From positions 166,446-230,445 of IMG/VR virus record IMGVR_UViG_3300044974_001280: a stretch of 64,000 bases of DNA; one strand, written 5' to 3'. A model generated the notes under the pieces. It was not told the DNA's origin. It saw nothing but the letters and a program-made list of their open reading frames with translations, and ran no database searches. Shown piece by piece: positions 8,546 to 18,530 of this stretch (its first letter is position 1; each line of letters starts with the position of its first letter). The position numbers and the translations under genes were made by a program.

Positions 8546-9475
8546 ATGATCTCTCTAAATCACATTTTACCGGATAGAAACGGGATAGACTTTACCAGTC
8601 ATTTTGACGAGGAAAGGGAAATTGTAATTAAGTTTATAGATTCTCACACAAGATTGTGTTATTGGGGTGACATAATTAATGTTTTTCCCAAATGTTCATA
8701 CTGGGTAGCATATAGCGGTAGAATCACAAAATTTATCACTTTTGTAGTAGAGGATTTGCAAACTGGAGAAATCCTACTCGAAGTTTGTGATTACTCAGAT
8801 ACTTTTAGGCATGATATAAGAAATTTGGACCCAAAGAACAGGTTGAAAAATATAGGAAGTAATCTTTCAAAAAAAGACTTAGTAACAGGGCTTGTACTTT
8901 GGGAGATTTTTTTAAGTGGGGAATACAACCACGAACATTGTAAAGTGGAACCTGGAGATGTTGTTGTTGATATTGGGGCAAACATCGGTTTCTTTTCCTT
9001 TTTTTCGATTACAAAAGGAGCTGCACAAGTTCACTCGTTTGAACCAGACCCCAAGCTATCAAGTTTTATTCAAACAAACTTCGGTGATTTGCCAATTCAT
9101 GTCCACAATTTAGCTGTGTGGTCGGAAAAAAAGGATTTGAAACTAAATATTCATGAGTCAAGTGTTTTGAATTCAGTTTCTGTTTCGTTCGATCACACCG
9201 ATGAAAGTGTTTTTTGTCAAGGAGTTGTCCTGGAAGAATGGGCAAAAGAAAATGAGGTAAAAATAGATTTTTTAAAAATAGACTGCGAGGGAGGTGAATG
9301 GGAAATTTTTCCAAACATGAGCTCTGAATTTTTAAAGTCTATACCAAAGATAGTTTTGGAATATCATATTCATCCTCCGGATCAATTATTGCTTATCTTT
9401 TCAGAAAATGGATTTCAAACACACCACACTGGAAATATGATCTGGGCTTGGCAGAATAAAAAGATCTTGTCTTAG
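8546..9475 (+). CDS. FkbM-family methyltransferase
   Basis: VVDIGANIGFFS, SFEP, LKIDCEGGE. Confidence 0.92.
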   Translation: MISLNHILPDRNGIDFTSHFDEEREIVIKFIDSHTRLCYWGDIINVFPKCSYWVAYSGRITKFITFVVEDLQTGEILLEVCDYSDTFRHDIRNLDPKNRLKNIGSNLSKKDLVTGLVLWEIFLSGEYNHEHCKVEPGDVVVDIGANIGFFSFFSITKGAAQVHSFEPDPKLSSFIQTNFGDLPIHVHNLAVWSEKKDLKLNIHESSVLNSVSVSFDHTDESVFCQGVVLEEWAKENEVKIDFLKIDCEGGEWEIFPNMSSEFLKSIPKIVLEYHIHPPDQLLLIFSENGFQTHHTGNMIWAWQNKKILS

Positions 9476-9476
9476 C

Positions 9477-10598
9477 ATGAATTCTGATAATTTAATAGGA
9501 GAAAAAATATCAGATAAAAAGTTCTGTGTCATCATAGATGCATATCCCCAAACCACGGAGGAACAAGAAATTCTTCTGGCCAATCTAAAAATTTTTCAAC
9601 AAAATGAGATAGACGTTCTTTTAACTAGCCACCATCCATGTACTCCCGAGATTATTGAAAACACTACTTATTTTATTTTTGAAAGGAAAAACAATTATCA
9701 TTTCCTTGATTCAGACATTCTAAATTACAATCTAGAGGGAATACAAAATCCAGTTTACCTGAAATACATTCAAATAGGAAATGAAATGTTTAGAGACCAT
9801 TTGGTTGTTACCGGTTGGTCGGTTTCCATTGTCTCCCAATTTGTTAATTCGATTAAATTTTTGTGGTCAAAGGGATATGAATTTGCCTTTTATTTTGTTG
9901 GAGATTTCAAATGTCCGGATAATATTCAACAAAAATTCTCTGAAATTTTTTCGAATTTAGGGGAGCACAAAAATTACTTTATAAAAAATAATCCAAATTT
10001 TAGTAGCTGGTATTGCCCACACCTTTTTGGGTTTACTTTGGACGAAAGTTTGATTCAAAAAATTCCAAATCTCGATTTTTCGGATAATTCCAATTTTCAA
10101 AAGATTTTTCCCAATTGTGGTCTTGAAGATGTGATGCTAAAACTTTTTGGCGGGGATAATAATCTAGTTGATGAACATTCCGAGATGGATAAATTTTTCG
10201 GATTCGGAAATTGGAATACAGTAAGTTCGATCATAAAACCTGGGCCAAGCGCTTTACATTTCACCACAACTTCTTCACTATTCTGGAAGGAAGATCTATC
10301 GGATTGTTATTTACTTTTAAATGTTGAACCAGGTTGCCCTTGTAATGAAGTCAGCTTCTCCATTAAGATTATTACTGAAAATTCAGAAGAAATTTTCCAT
10401 CGCGAAATAATTCTAGGAAAGGGAGGGTGGTACAAAGAAAAATTGAATGATTTGTTTGTAGATGGGGACTCTGTAGTTTTCACAAAAAAATTACATAATA
10501 TAGAAGATGAAACATGTCAATTCACAGATTCTATAAAAATTAAAAGAGAAAACTTGTCTAAATATGCTTTGGTAAAAAATTACTATAAAATCGAATGA
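9477..10598 (+). CDS. Putative glycosyltransferase-like protein (paralog of 3414)
   Basis: IIDAYP..LLTSHHP..YFIFERKN. Confidence 0.5.
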   Translation: MNSDNLIGEKISDKKFCVIIDAYPQTTEEQEILLANLKIFQQNEIDVLLTSHHPCTPEIIENTTYFIFERKNNYHFLDSDILNYNLEGIQNPVYLKYIQIGNEMFRDHLVVTGWSVSIVSQFVNSIKFLWSKGYEFAFYFVGDFKCPDNIQQKFSEIFSNLGEHKNYFIKNNPNFSSWYCPHLFGFTLDESLIQKIPNLDFSDNSNFQKIFPNCGLEDVMLKLFGGDNNLVDEHSEMDKFFGFGNWNTVSSIIKPGPSALHFTTTSSLFWKEDLSDCYLLLNVEPGCPCNEVSFSIKIITENSEEIFHREIILGKGGWYKEKLNDLFVDGDSVVFTKKLHNIEDETCQFTDSIKIKRENLSKYALVKNYYKIE

Positions 10599-11365
10599 AA
10601 AGAAAAGAAATAAGTGTTATAATGCCGGTCTACAATTATGCTTATTTTTTAGATCGTGCTTTTTTTTCCGTTTACGTGCAAAAAATCGACTGCAATATTC
10701 ATTTTATAGCCTGCGATGACTGTTCTACAGATCAAAGTCTGGCTATTTTACACAGATTAAAAAATTTTGAAAACGAAAATTTTAAAATTTCGATATTTTC
10801 CAATAAAGAAAACAAAGGATTTATAGAAACCGTTATTTTTCTTCTCAAAAATTGTTCAACTTCTTATGTTGCTTATATAGACCCAGATGATTATTGGATA
10901 GATCCATATAAACTAAAAAAACAATTTGATTTTTTAGAAAATAATCCTGATTTTTCTCTCGTTAGCACTGGATATTTGATTAGTGAAGGAAGAAAATTGG
11001 TTCCCTCGGCGGATGGGAGCTTTTGGATTGCTGCTATGACAGAGTATAACTCCGTTTTACATCCAATTAGTGACGGAGAAATTGACAAAAAACTTTTACA
11101 TCATAGTAACTTGTGCTACTCATCATCAAGATTTTTTAGAAATTTCACTGACATTGATTTAAGTTATGTTAAAAATAAGCATTTCATAGATTGGGCTACC
11201 AATTTTGAATTATCTCTTCGCGGTAGAATAGGATATCTTGATTATCCATCATTTGTTTATGAAAAAAAAGAAGATTCAATGTCATCTAAAGCTCAAACTG
11301 AAATAACAGAAAAAGATTTAGATGAAATTAAATCGATTTTCAATCAAAAATTTCATAATTTTTAA
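10595..11365 (+). CDS. Glycosyltransferase family 2 (paralog of 5108)
   Basis: VIMPVYN, DDCSTD, IDPDDYWIDPYKL, SSRFFRN. Confidence 0.9.
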   Translation: MKRKEISVIMPVYNYAYFLDRAFFSVYVQKIDCNIHFIACDDCSTDQSLAILHRLKNFENENFKISIFSNKENKGFIETVIFLLKNCSTSYVAYIDPDDYWIDPYKLKKQFDFLENNPDFSLVSTGYLISEGRKLVPSADGSFWIAAMTEYNSVLHPISDGEIDKKLLHHSNLCYSSSRFFRNFTDIDLSYVKNKHFIDWATNFELSLRGRIGYLDYPSFVYEKKEDSMSSKAQTEITEKDLDEIKSIFNQKFHNF

Positions 11366-11376
11366 ATTTTTTAAGA

Positions 11377-12537
11377 ATGAAAAATATTCAATTATTCAAA
11401 CCTAAGTTCAGAACATCAGAAATCTGGGAACATATGCAAGAGTGTATGGAAATAGGATGGACAGGTTTAGGTTTTAAAACTCAGCAGATTGAAGAAGAAT
11501 GGAAAAAATACACCGGATTTAAGCATGCGCATTTTCTAAATTCGAACACCTCTGGTTTGCATCTTGCCTTAAAAATTTTAAAAGACGCCAATAAATGGAA
11601 AGAAGGAGACGAGATTATCACGTCCCCCTTAACTTTTGTGTCTTCAAATCACGCAATAATGTACGAAAGACTGAGACCAATCTTTGCAGACGTAGATGAA
11701 TTTCTATGTCTGGATCCAAAATCAGTAGAATCAAAAATCACCAAAAAAACCAAAGCTGTTTTATTTGTGGGAATTGGGGGTAATGCCGGGAGGTTCGATG
11801 AAATAGTAAATTTTTGCCAACGCAAAGGCCTTAAAATTATTTTAGATGCCGCACATATGGCTGGAACCTGGATAAAAAACAAAACAGAGGTTGGTGTTGG
11901 TTACTCGAAAGATCATGTTGGTTTAGATGCTGATGTTTCTATTTTTAGTTTTCAGGCGGTCAAAAATCTTCCGACCGCAGATTCGGGAATGATCTGTTTC
12001 AAGAATGAAGATTATGACGTATTAGCCAGAAAATTATCTTGGCTTGGAATTTCTAAAGACACTTACCAAAGATCACACGACAAAGGAAGTTATAAATGGG
12101 AATATGATCTCGTTGATGTTGGTTTCAAATATCATGGTAATTCTATGATGGCTTCGATGGCTTTAGTTGGTTTGAAATATCTTGAAGAGGATAACACCAG
12201 AAGAAGAGAAATCTGCCAAATGTATGAAAAGTCATTTCAATCTGCAGGCATCCAGTCAGTTAAAGTTTCTCCGTACACAGAACTTTCTTCTAGGCATTTG
12301 TATCAAATTGTTGTGGAAGAAAGAAACAAAACTATGGAATTTTTAAATATTCGTGGGATATATCCAGGAGTTCATTATCGTGATAATACCCATTATGATA
12401 TGTACAAATCACAATTTGGGTTGAATCCGAATTCATTGAACCTGAGCGAGAAAATTATTAGTTTACCTTTACATTTATTTTTAACCGATGATGATATTGA
12501 ATTTGTGATTCAAAACGTTATCGAATCACAAAAATAA
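11377..12537 (+). CDS. DegT/DnrJ/EryC1/StrS PLP-dependent sugar aminotransferase
   Basis: NSNTSGLHLAL, SPLTFVS, LDAAH, FSFQAVKNL, ISLPLH. Confidence 0.95.
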   Translation: MKNIQLFKPKFRTSEIWEHMQECMEIGWTGLGFKTQQIEEEWKKYTGFKHAHFLNSNTSGLHLALKILKDANKWKEGDEIITSPLTFVSSNHAIMYERLRPIFADVDEFLCLDPKSVESKITKKTKAVLFVGIGGNAGRFDEIVNFCQRKGLKIILDAAHMAGTWIKNKTEVGVGYSKDHVGLDADVSIFSFQAVKNLPTADSGMICFKNEDYDVLARKLSWLGISKDTYQRSHDKGSYKWEYDLVDVGFKYHGNSMMASMALVGLKYLEEDNTRRREICQMYEKSFQSAGIQSVKVSPYTELSSRHLYQIVVEERNKTMEFLNIRGIYPGVHYRDNTHYDMYKSQFGLNPNSLNLSEKIISLPLHLFLTDDDIEFVIQNVIESQK

Positions 12538-12542
12538 CATTT

Positions 12543-12947
12543 ATGACCATTCGCGAATTTCAGAAGGGAGATGAAGCTGGATTACTGGAAATCTTGAAGG
12601 AGACCTGGTACATCACAGAAATACAAGAAAACGTTTTATCTGAATGGATGACAAATAATTACAATTTTGTTGCGGTTGAAGAACAAGAAATCATAGGAAC
12701 AATTACACTCCATCTCCAAAGAAAATTAATCCGAAATGGCGGGTTAGCAGGATTCATTGAAGATGTGGCGGTGAAAGAAAAATTTAGAGGTAATAAAATT
12801 GGTTTTTTATTGGTTCAAAAAGCTTTGGAAAAAGCCAGGGATCTTGGATGTTATAAGGTTATTCTATCCTGTTTCGATGAGAGAATTAATTTCTATGAAA
12901 GATGTGGATTTTTCAGGGAGTGCAATACTATGAGAGTGGATCTTTAA
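12543..12947 (+). CDS. GNAT acetyltransferase (glucosamine-6-P N-acetyltransferase-like)
   Basis: KLIRNGG..GFIEDVAV..RGNKIG, GCYKVILSC, FYERCGF. Confidence 0.9.
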   Translation: MTIREFQKGDEAGLLEILKETWYITEIQENVLSEWMTNNYNFVAVEEQEIIGTITLHLQRKLIRNGGLAGFIEDVAVKEKFRGNKIGFLLVQKALEKARDLGCYKVILSCFDERINFYERCGFFRECNTMRVDL

Positions 12948-12957
12948 AATAAAAAAA

Positions 12958-13599
12958 ATGAACAATTCATACAACTTAAATTTAGATGGTATCATGGATG
13001 GACATCTAAAAACTTTATATAGAGGAATTATAACTGAAAAATCCCCATTTGATTACGTAATGTATCAAATGATAATTAATGAAATAAGACCCGATTTGAT
13101 AATAGAAATAGGGACTAATTATGGAGGATCGTGTCTGTATTTGGGTGATATTTTAAATAATATAGGTAAAGGTATGGTTCATACTGTGGATATTCAGGAT
13201 GAAACTTTTTTATCAAATTCCGAAGAAAAGAGGGGTTTGATTAATCGACATCCAAGAATTCAGAGATTCTTGGGAGGTTATCAAGAATACAACTTGGATT
13301 ATGCATCCTCATTTAAAAAAATTATGTTGATTGAAGATGGGTCACACAACTATAACGATGTTTTGTCTGTGATGAATAAATTCAAAGATTTAATCAGCGA
13401 AGATTCCTATATGATCGTTGAAGACGGAACTGTGAATTGGATGGGCATCGAAAAAAACTATGACGGAGGTCCTCTTAGAGCGATAGAAGAATTTTTACCA
13501 CAAAATCCACAATTCGAAATAGATAGAAAATGGTGTGATTTTTATGGTTACAATGTCACTTTTAATCCAAATGGATATTTAAAAAAAATTAATTTTTAA
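12958..13599 (+). CDS. CmcI-family (cephalosporin hydroxylase-like) O-methyltransferase
   Basis: KSPFD..YQ..I..IRPDLIIEIGTNYGGS, EDGSH, YMIVED, NPNGYL. Confidence 0.9.
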   Translation: MNNSYNLNLDGIMDGHLKTLYRGIITEKSPFDYVMYQMIINEIRPDLIIEIGTNYGGSCLYLGDILNNIGKGMVHTVDIQDETFLSNSEEKRGLINRHPRIQRFLGGYQEYNLDYASSFKKIMLIEDGSHNYNDVLSVMNKFKDLISEDSYMIVEDGTVNWMGIEKNYDGGPLRAIEEFLPQNPQFEIDRKWCDFYGYNVTFNPNGYLKKINF

Positions 13600-13606
13600 A
13601 AGAATT

Positions 13607-14533
13607 ATGAAAAAATTAGTTTTAATTAGTTCTCATTGTGATTCAGAAGAAAAAAGAAAAGTTCTAAAAATTAATTTGGAACTTTTAAGGCAAATAGACA
13701 CATCTATTTTGCTTTATTCGTCTATTCATCTGGAAAGAGACATTCTAAACTTAGTTGATTTTTATTTTTTCAACCCAAATAACCCATTAAAAGAGGATTC
13801 TTCTAACCTTTTTTGGAAAGAAGAATTTTTTGGAGCGAAAAAAATTAAATTTTACAGATTTTGGAGAAATAACCGTTTTGCTGGGTTTTCTCAGGTTCTG
13901 AAATTAGTTCAACTTGCAAGGATTCTAAATTATGACATGAATTATTTTATGCTATATGATTTGGTCATCGATAATCAAATTTTAAATTTCATCAAATACA
14001 AAAACCAAGAATCTTTTTTTGCTTTTAGAACAACCGAAAATGGAAAAAAATTAATTAATGATTGTGCTTCCCAATTTTTTTCCGTCTCACAATCAAAATT
14101 AGAAAATCTAGAATCTGAATTTATTTGGGAAAGATGTTTGGAGTTTGATTGTGCGGAACACTTTTGGGCAGATCTTGCCCAAAAAATTAATGTTTCAATT
14201 AACAGGGATTTTATTATCGAAGATCATATTTACACTTTTCGTAATTGGCACGAAGATTTTTACAATTATTCTCCCTGGCAGGAATTCAAAATTTATTTCT
14301 CCAAAAATGTTGGCACCGCAGATCCCCAACACTGTTTGGTTTACGATGTGAAACAACCCTTGGAAATCTTTATAAGAAAGGATAACGATATCCAAAAGAT
14401 GACAATATCAGAGTTCCAACAATTTGAGATTGATCCTAGTTTACAAAAATTCGAGTTTTGGAGAAATGGTAAAATTTTTGACGTTTTGGATCAAGCCGAA
14501 AAGTTTCCAGGAGGAGGATGGGAATTTGTATGA
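13607..14533 (+). CDS. Putative glycosyltransferase-like protein (paralog of 3414)
   Basis: LISSHC..LLYSSIH..DFYFFNPNNP, MLYD. Confidence 0.5.
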   Translation: MKKLVLISSHCDSEEKRKVLKINLELLRQIDTSILLYSSIHLERDILNLVDFYFFNPNNPLKEDSSNLFWKEEFFGAKKIKFYRFWRNNRFAGFSQVLKLVQLARILNYDMNYFMLYDLVIDNQILNFIKYKNQESFFAFRTTENGKKLINDCASQFFSVSQSKLENLESEFIWERCLEFDCAEHFWADLAQKINVSINRDFIIEDHIYTFRNWHEDFYNYSPWQEFKIYFSKNVGTADPQHCLVYDVKQPLEIFIRKDNDIQKMTISEFQQFEIDPSLQKFEFWRNGKIFDVLDQAEKFPGGGWEFV

Positions 14534-15519
14534 AAAGAGCTTTTATTACACATGCCACTGAAAATTATCTAGACATAGCCAAAAATTTAGCTACAAGTAT
14601 AGAACTCTTCTCTAAATTTCCTATTATTGTTTGCGGTGTAAATTGCTCTCCTGATGCGTCCCTTTTCTTTAAAGGACTGGAAAAAGTTATCTTTAGAAAT
14701 TTAGATCTAGAACTGGATGAAGACTACCTAGATAATTTTACTCATCAAGCTAATGGTAATTTTTACGTTACCAGAGAAAATCCAAAAATTTATAAAATTT
14801 TATGTGCTAAGACTATGGCTATGCAGCTGGCTTTAGAAGAAGGTTTCGAAGAGCTCTGCTACTTAGATTCGGATTGTATAGCTTCTCCTATAATCGACGA
14901 AATGTTCGATTGGATGCCCATCGTAAAAGACTACCCAGTTTGCACGGAGGGCATTCATCAATATATGATCATAGTCGAGCCAAATGGGTTTGAAAGAGGA
15001 AATCCATTTGAAGGGTGCTGGCCAAAGGCCGATTTAACCAAAACCCTAGAATGGCCTTTAATGCAATTTTTAGAAATGCCTGCGGAATCTAGGGGAACCT
15101 ACAGAACAACCAACGTTATACTCTGTAATTCATCTTGTTTGAATTTTGTTAAAACATGGAGGGAATTCTGTTTTCTGCTTCCCAAATTGAAAATTAGTTT
15201 ATCTAGGGTTGCCGCTTTTCACGAAGAGACAATCTACAACGTTTTATCGTGGAAAAAAACCAACGAAGGATTTCCACTATGCTATATAAATTTAAGAGAT
15301 GGGATCAACACGGTTTGTCATTTTTATGAAGAGGGACATCCAGGATTTTCCACCTGGATGTCGGAGGAAAATAAGGACTATTCTCTTAATTTTTATAGAA
15401 TTCCTCCTTCTAAAAGGGACATCAAGGTTCTCCACGGCGAGAAAAGACCGGAAGAATTTCTGAAAATTTTAGATTATTTGAAACATCTCCAGCAATCTAA
15501 TTATTTTAACACTTTATAA
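14530..15519 (+). CDS. GT-A nucleotide-diphospho-sugar transferase
   Basis: FITHATENY, YLDSD, EETIYN, VLHGEK; ATGA overlap with the previous gene. Confidence 0.7.
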   Translation: MKRAFITHATENYLDIAKNLATSIELFSKFPIIVCGVNCSPDASLFFKGLEKVIFRNLDLELDEDYLDNFTHQANGNFYVTRENPKIYKILCAKTMAMQLALEEGFEELCYLDSDCIASPIIDEMFDWMPIVKDYPVCTEGIHQYMIIVEPNGFERGNPFEGCWPKADLTKTLEWPLMQFLEMPAESRGTYRTTNVILCNSSCLNFVKTWREFCFLLPKLKISLSRVAAFHEETIYNVLSWKKTNEGFPLCYINLRDGINTVCHFYEEGHPGFSTWMSEENKDYSLNFYRIPPSKRDIKVLHGEKRPEEFLKILDYLKHLQQSNYFNTL

Positions 15520-15520
15520 C

Positions 15521-16255
15521 ATGGATCTTTCTTTGGTTGTTCACACGTGTGATTCGTACCATCAGTTTTGGTTTGGTATGTTGTATTCCTTAGACCTGTA
15601 CTGGGATTTTGAAAAAATCCCTGTTTATTGGGCATCCGAAGAACGGAATGTCAAGGATTTTGAACTTTCGTGCAGGGGTCACCTCTTCAAGCCTAACTCC
15701 GCGATGCAAAGCATTTTGACCGGAAAGACGGATAAAAATGGATTTTCCACCAGAATGAAAAAAACCTTATCCGAAATTACCTCAAAATGGATCATTTATC
15801 TCCAGGAAGATATGTGGCTAAAATCTTCTTTTCCCTATCCCGTTTTAGAACAACTTTTGCTGTTCGCAGAAGTCCAAAAGGCGGAATCCATCAAGATTCA
15901 CACCAAATTACACTATTACGATGCCTACCGCCTAGATCCTACCCCTTACGTCATTAACAAGGTTAGGATCATGAAGCACAGTCAAGGAGAAAATTATCTC
16001 CACTCTCATAATGCAACTATCTGGAATAGAGAGTACTTAATCCAAAACATTGTTGATGGAGAAGATCCCTGGACAAACGAGGTTGAAGGGTCTAAAAGAA
16101 TGAGCAGCAAAGTTCACAATCATTATCACTATAACGTCCACTGGTATTCCCAGCCTGGAGTTTGTGATAAGGGCCAACCTTCAGCAGAGTATTACCTTAT
16201 GGGTCCTATTTTAGATGACCTAATGAGCATGAAATTATCGTCCGAAAAATTTTAA
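15521..16255 (+). CDS. Glycosyltransferase-like protein
   Basis: VVHTCDSY, YLQEDMWL, ATIWNREYL, DPWTNE. Confidence 0.65.
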   Translation: MDLSLVVHTCDSYHQFWFGMLYSLDLYWDFEKIPVYWASEERNVKDFELSCRGHLFKPNSAMQSILTGKTDKNGFSTRMKKTLSEITSKWIIYLQEDMWLKSSFPYPVLEQLLLFAEVQKAESIKIHTKLHYYDAYRLDPTPYVINKVRIMKHSQGENYLHSHNATIWNREYLIQNIVDGEDPWTNEVEGSKRMSSKVHNHYHYNVHWYSQPGVCDKGQPSAEYYLMGPILDDLMSMKLSSEKF

Positions 16256-16266
16256 AAATAAACAGC

Positions 16267-16548
16267 ATGCAAATCCCCCCTAAAAGAATCAGAAAGCCAG
16301 AGGATTCTCTGATGAAACATTATCAGGAACAATACGTCAGAAATCAAAACAAGTGGATTCGAAGATCCAAACTCTTGCCAGAACACTTAGATCAAGAATT
16401 TCTATTGGAAGGTGAAAAATACTGTCTTCGGGGTAGTACCAGTCCCGTTCAAGTTGTGGTTGAAAAAAAATCCACCTCCGAATACTTTATCATGTCCATT
16501 GATCCCGTTACAAAATCAATTTTAGGAGAGCCAGAAGTTGAAGATTAA
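16267..16548 (+). CDS. Hypothetical protein
   Basis: Co-directional ORF. Confidence 0.65.
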   Translation: MQIPPKRIRKPEDSLMKHYQEQYVRNQNKWIRRSKLLPEHLDQEFLLEGEKYCLRGSTSPVQVVVEKKSTSEYFIMSIDPVTKSILGEPEVED

Positions 16549-16744
16549 GATTCTTACCACCTCGCCCAGAACACATCTGGAAGTTTGTTCCCTTATTAAT
16601 CTTCATAAGGTTGAAATCTTAGAAAACAAATTTGATGAAGAAGGATTTTATAGTTTTTTTTTACTAGAAAGTCTACCTATCTACGTTGATGATTTTATTC
16701 TAATTCCCGACATAAAAGTTCACTGGAACAAGGAAATCCAGTAA
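16538..16744 (+). CDS. Hypothetical protein
   Basis: TTG start overlapping the previous ORF. Confidence 0.5.
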   Translation: MKIKILTTSPRTHLEVCSLINLHKVEILENKFDEEGFYSFFLLESLPIYVDDFILIPDIKVHWNKEIQ

Positions 16745-16779
16745 AAAATGAGTCCTGATGCAGATATATAATCTCAGTT

Positions 16780-17181
16780 ATGGAAACTCAAAAACCGATT
16801 TCAGAGATCATCAGGGAGGTTTTACAGGATGAATTAAACTCTATGAGGGAAAGATCTCCAGGCCACGATCTAAGGATCATCCAGATCAGCATGGAGGAAC
16901 TCAAAGCAGCTCAGTCTGAAATGAAAAAAGATCTCTCGGAGCTAAAGAAAAAACTTCTGGATCCAGATGATGGTGTGATCGTCAAAGTAAACGAAAACAC
17001 CAAATTCAGACTAGAACAACAGAGACAGAAGGAGAAAGATGAGGTTGAATACCGGAACCTCTTACTAGAACACTCTGACCTCATGAAGTGGAAAGGGGGG
17101 ATCACCAAAGCTATGTGGATCTTTTTCACCACTTTGGTTGGGATTTTAGCAAAAATCTTTTTCCTATCTGATACAAATTAA
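16780..17181 (+). CDS. Coiled-coil protein with a C-terminal transmembrane helix
   Basis: GATATATA upstream; C-terminal AMWIFFTTLVGILAKIFF. Confidence 0.7.
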   Translation: METQKPISEIIREVLQDELNSMRERSPGHDLRIIQISMEELKAAQSEMKKDLSELKKKLLDPDDGVIVKVNENTKFRLEQQRQKEKDEVEYRNLLLEHSDLMKWKGGITKAMWIFFTTLVGILAKIFFLSDTN

Positions 17182-17190
17182 AAAAACACC

Positions 17191-17376
17191 ATGTCAAATC
17201 CACAAACAGTTGCTCCAGACCCTAAACACACCACCGACGATAATTTCGTCAAGTGGTACGATCAAAGGGCTTACAGTTCGAAAGTTGGCTCTCTGGGTAT
17301 GAAGCAGGCCACGGTTGGTAAGCTCATGAAGTTTGAAGAGTTCAAAAAGACTTTCTCGAGCCTCCAATCTAAATAA
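17191..17376 (+). CDS. Hypothetical protein with KLMKFEEF motif
   Basis: Co-directional ORF. Confidence 0.6.
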   Translation: MSNPQTVAPDPKHTTDDNFVKWYDQRAYSSKVGSLGMKQATVGKLMKFEEFKKTFSSLQSK

Positions 17377-17468
17377 TTTTTCTTTACAATTTCTTTCAAT
17401 ACCCTTGAAAAATTGAAATTTTTTGAATTTTTGGGCTATAAACAGGAGTTCATTAAAACAAATTTAAC

Positions 17469-18521
17469 ATGAAATTAAAATTGGAGTATGTTTGGTTAGA
17501 TGGATATCAACCCGAACCAAATTTGAGATCAAAAGTAAAGATTTTCGATTATACCCCGTCAAATCTGAACACTCTTTCGCCCCAACACGCAAAACCTAGA
17601 CCAGAAGAACTTCCAGAATGGTCTTTTGATGGAAGTTCCACCCGGCAGGCTGAAGGTAATTTCTCAGATTTGATTCTAAAACCAGTGAGGGTTTATGCAG
17701 ATCCTCTCAGAATGGGCTTTTGCTATCTCGTAATGTGTGAGGTTCTAAATCCAGACCGCACCCCACATTCTTCCAATACTAGAGCCTTGATCGGAAAGGA
17801 TTCTCATGCTCTTTGGTTTGGGTTTGAGCAAGAGTATGTGCTCAGGTGGTTCAATAAAAATAGTAATCGGCCGGTAGGATTTGAAAATTTCAACCCACCC
17901 GAGTCTCAGGGCAAGTATTATTGTTCAGTCGGTCATCCTTATTCCGCTGGCAGAAATATTTCAGAGGAACATTTGGATGCCTGTCTTTCTTGTGGCATTC
18001 AGATCACAGGCACCAATGCCGAAGTGATGCTCGGTCAGTGGGAATATCAGGTTTTTGGCCAGGGAGAACAGACGGCCGCAGATGATCTTTGGATATCTAG
18101 ATTTTTGCTCATGAGAATTGCAGAAAATTACCAGATCAAAGTTGACTTTCACCCCAAGCCCATGGGAGCAGAGGAAGATTGGAACGGATCAGGAATGCAC
18201 ACCAATTTTTCAAATAATAGAATGAGAGAAACAGGAGGGGAAGAATTTTTTAACAGCATTTGTCAAGTGCTGGAAAAAACCCACGATGTTGCTATTTCCC
18301 TCTATGGATCGGACAATCATCTGAGACTTACCGGCAAGCACGAAACCCAAAGCATTTCGAAATTCAGTTGGGGTGTAAGTGATAGAGGAGCATCAATCAG
18401 AATACCCATTTCTACCTCTGATAAGTGGTTGGGTTATCTTGAAGACAGGAGACCAGGATCAAATGCGGATCCTTATAAAATCACCAAATATCTCTCCAAC
18501 TCTCTCGAGGAATTAGAATAA
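17469..18521 (+). CDS. glnA: Glutamine synthetase type II
   Basis: LEYVWLDG, WSFDGSST, WFGFEQEY, NAEVMLGQWEYQ, DWNGSGMHTNFS, DRGASIRIP, YLEDRRP. Confidence 0.97.
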   Translation: MKLKLEYVWLDGYQPEPNLRSKVKIFDYTPSNLNTLSPQHAKPRPEELPEWSFDGSSTRQAEGNFSDLILKPVRVYADPLRMGFCYLVMCEVLNPDRTPHSSNTRALIGKDSHALWFGFEQEYVLRWFNKNSNRPVGFENFNPPESQGKYYCSVGHPYSAGRNISEEHLDACLSCGIQITGTNAEVMLGQWEYQVFGQGEQTAADDLWISRFLLMRIAENYQIKVDFHPKPMGAEEDWNGSGMHTNFSNNRMRETGGEEFFNSICQVLEKTHDVAISLYGSDNHLRLTGKHETQSISKFSWGVSDRGASIRIPISTSDKWLGYLEDRRPGSNADPYKITKYLSNSLEELE

Positions 18522-18530
18522 ACTAAATTC

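Noticed and set aside
3414-16255. Bacterial O-antigen/capsule locus (cellular contig)
   Set aside because: No flippase, polymerase or export genes; the surroundings are dense phage-type ORFs, RNA ligases, homing endonucleases and an endolysin.
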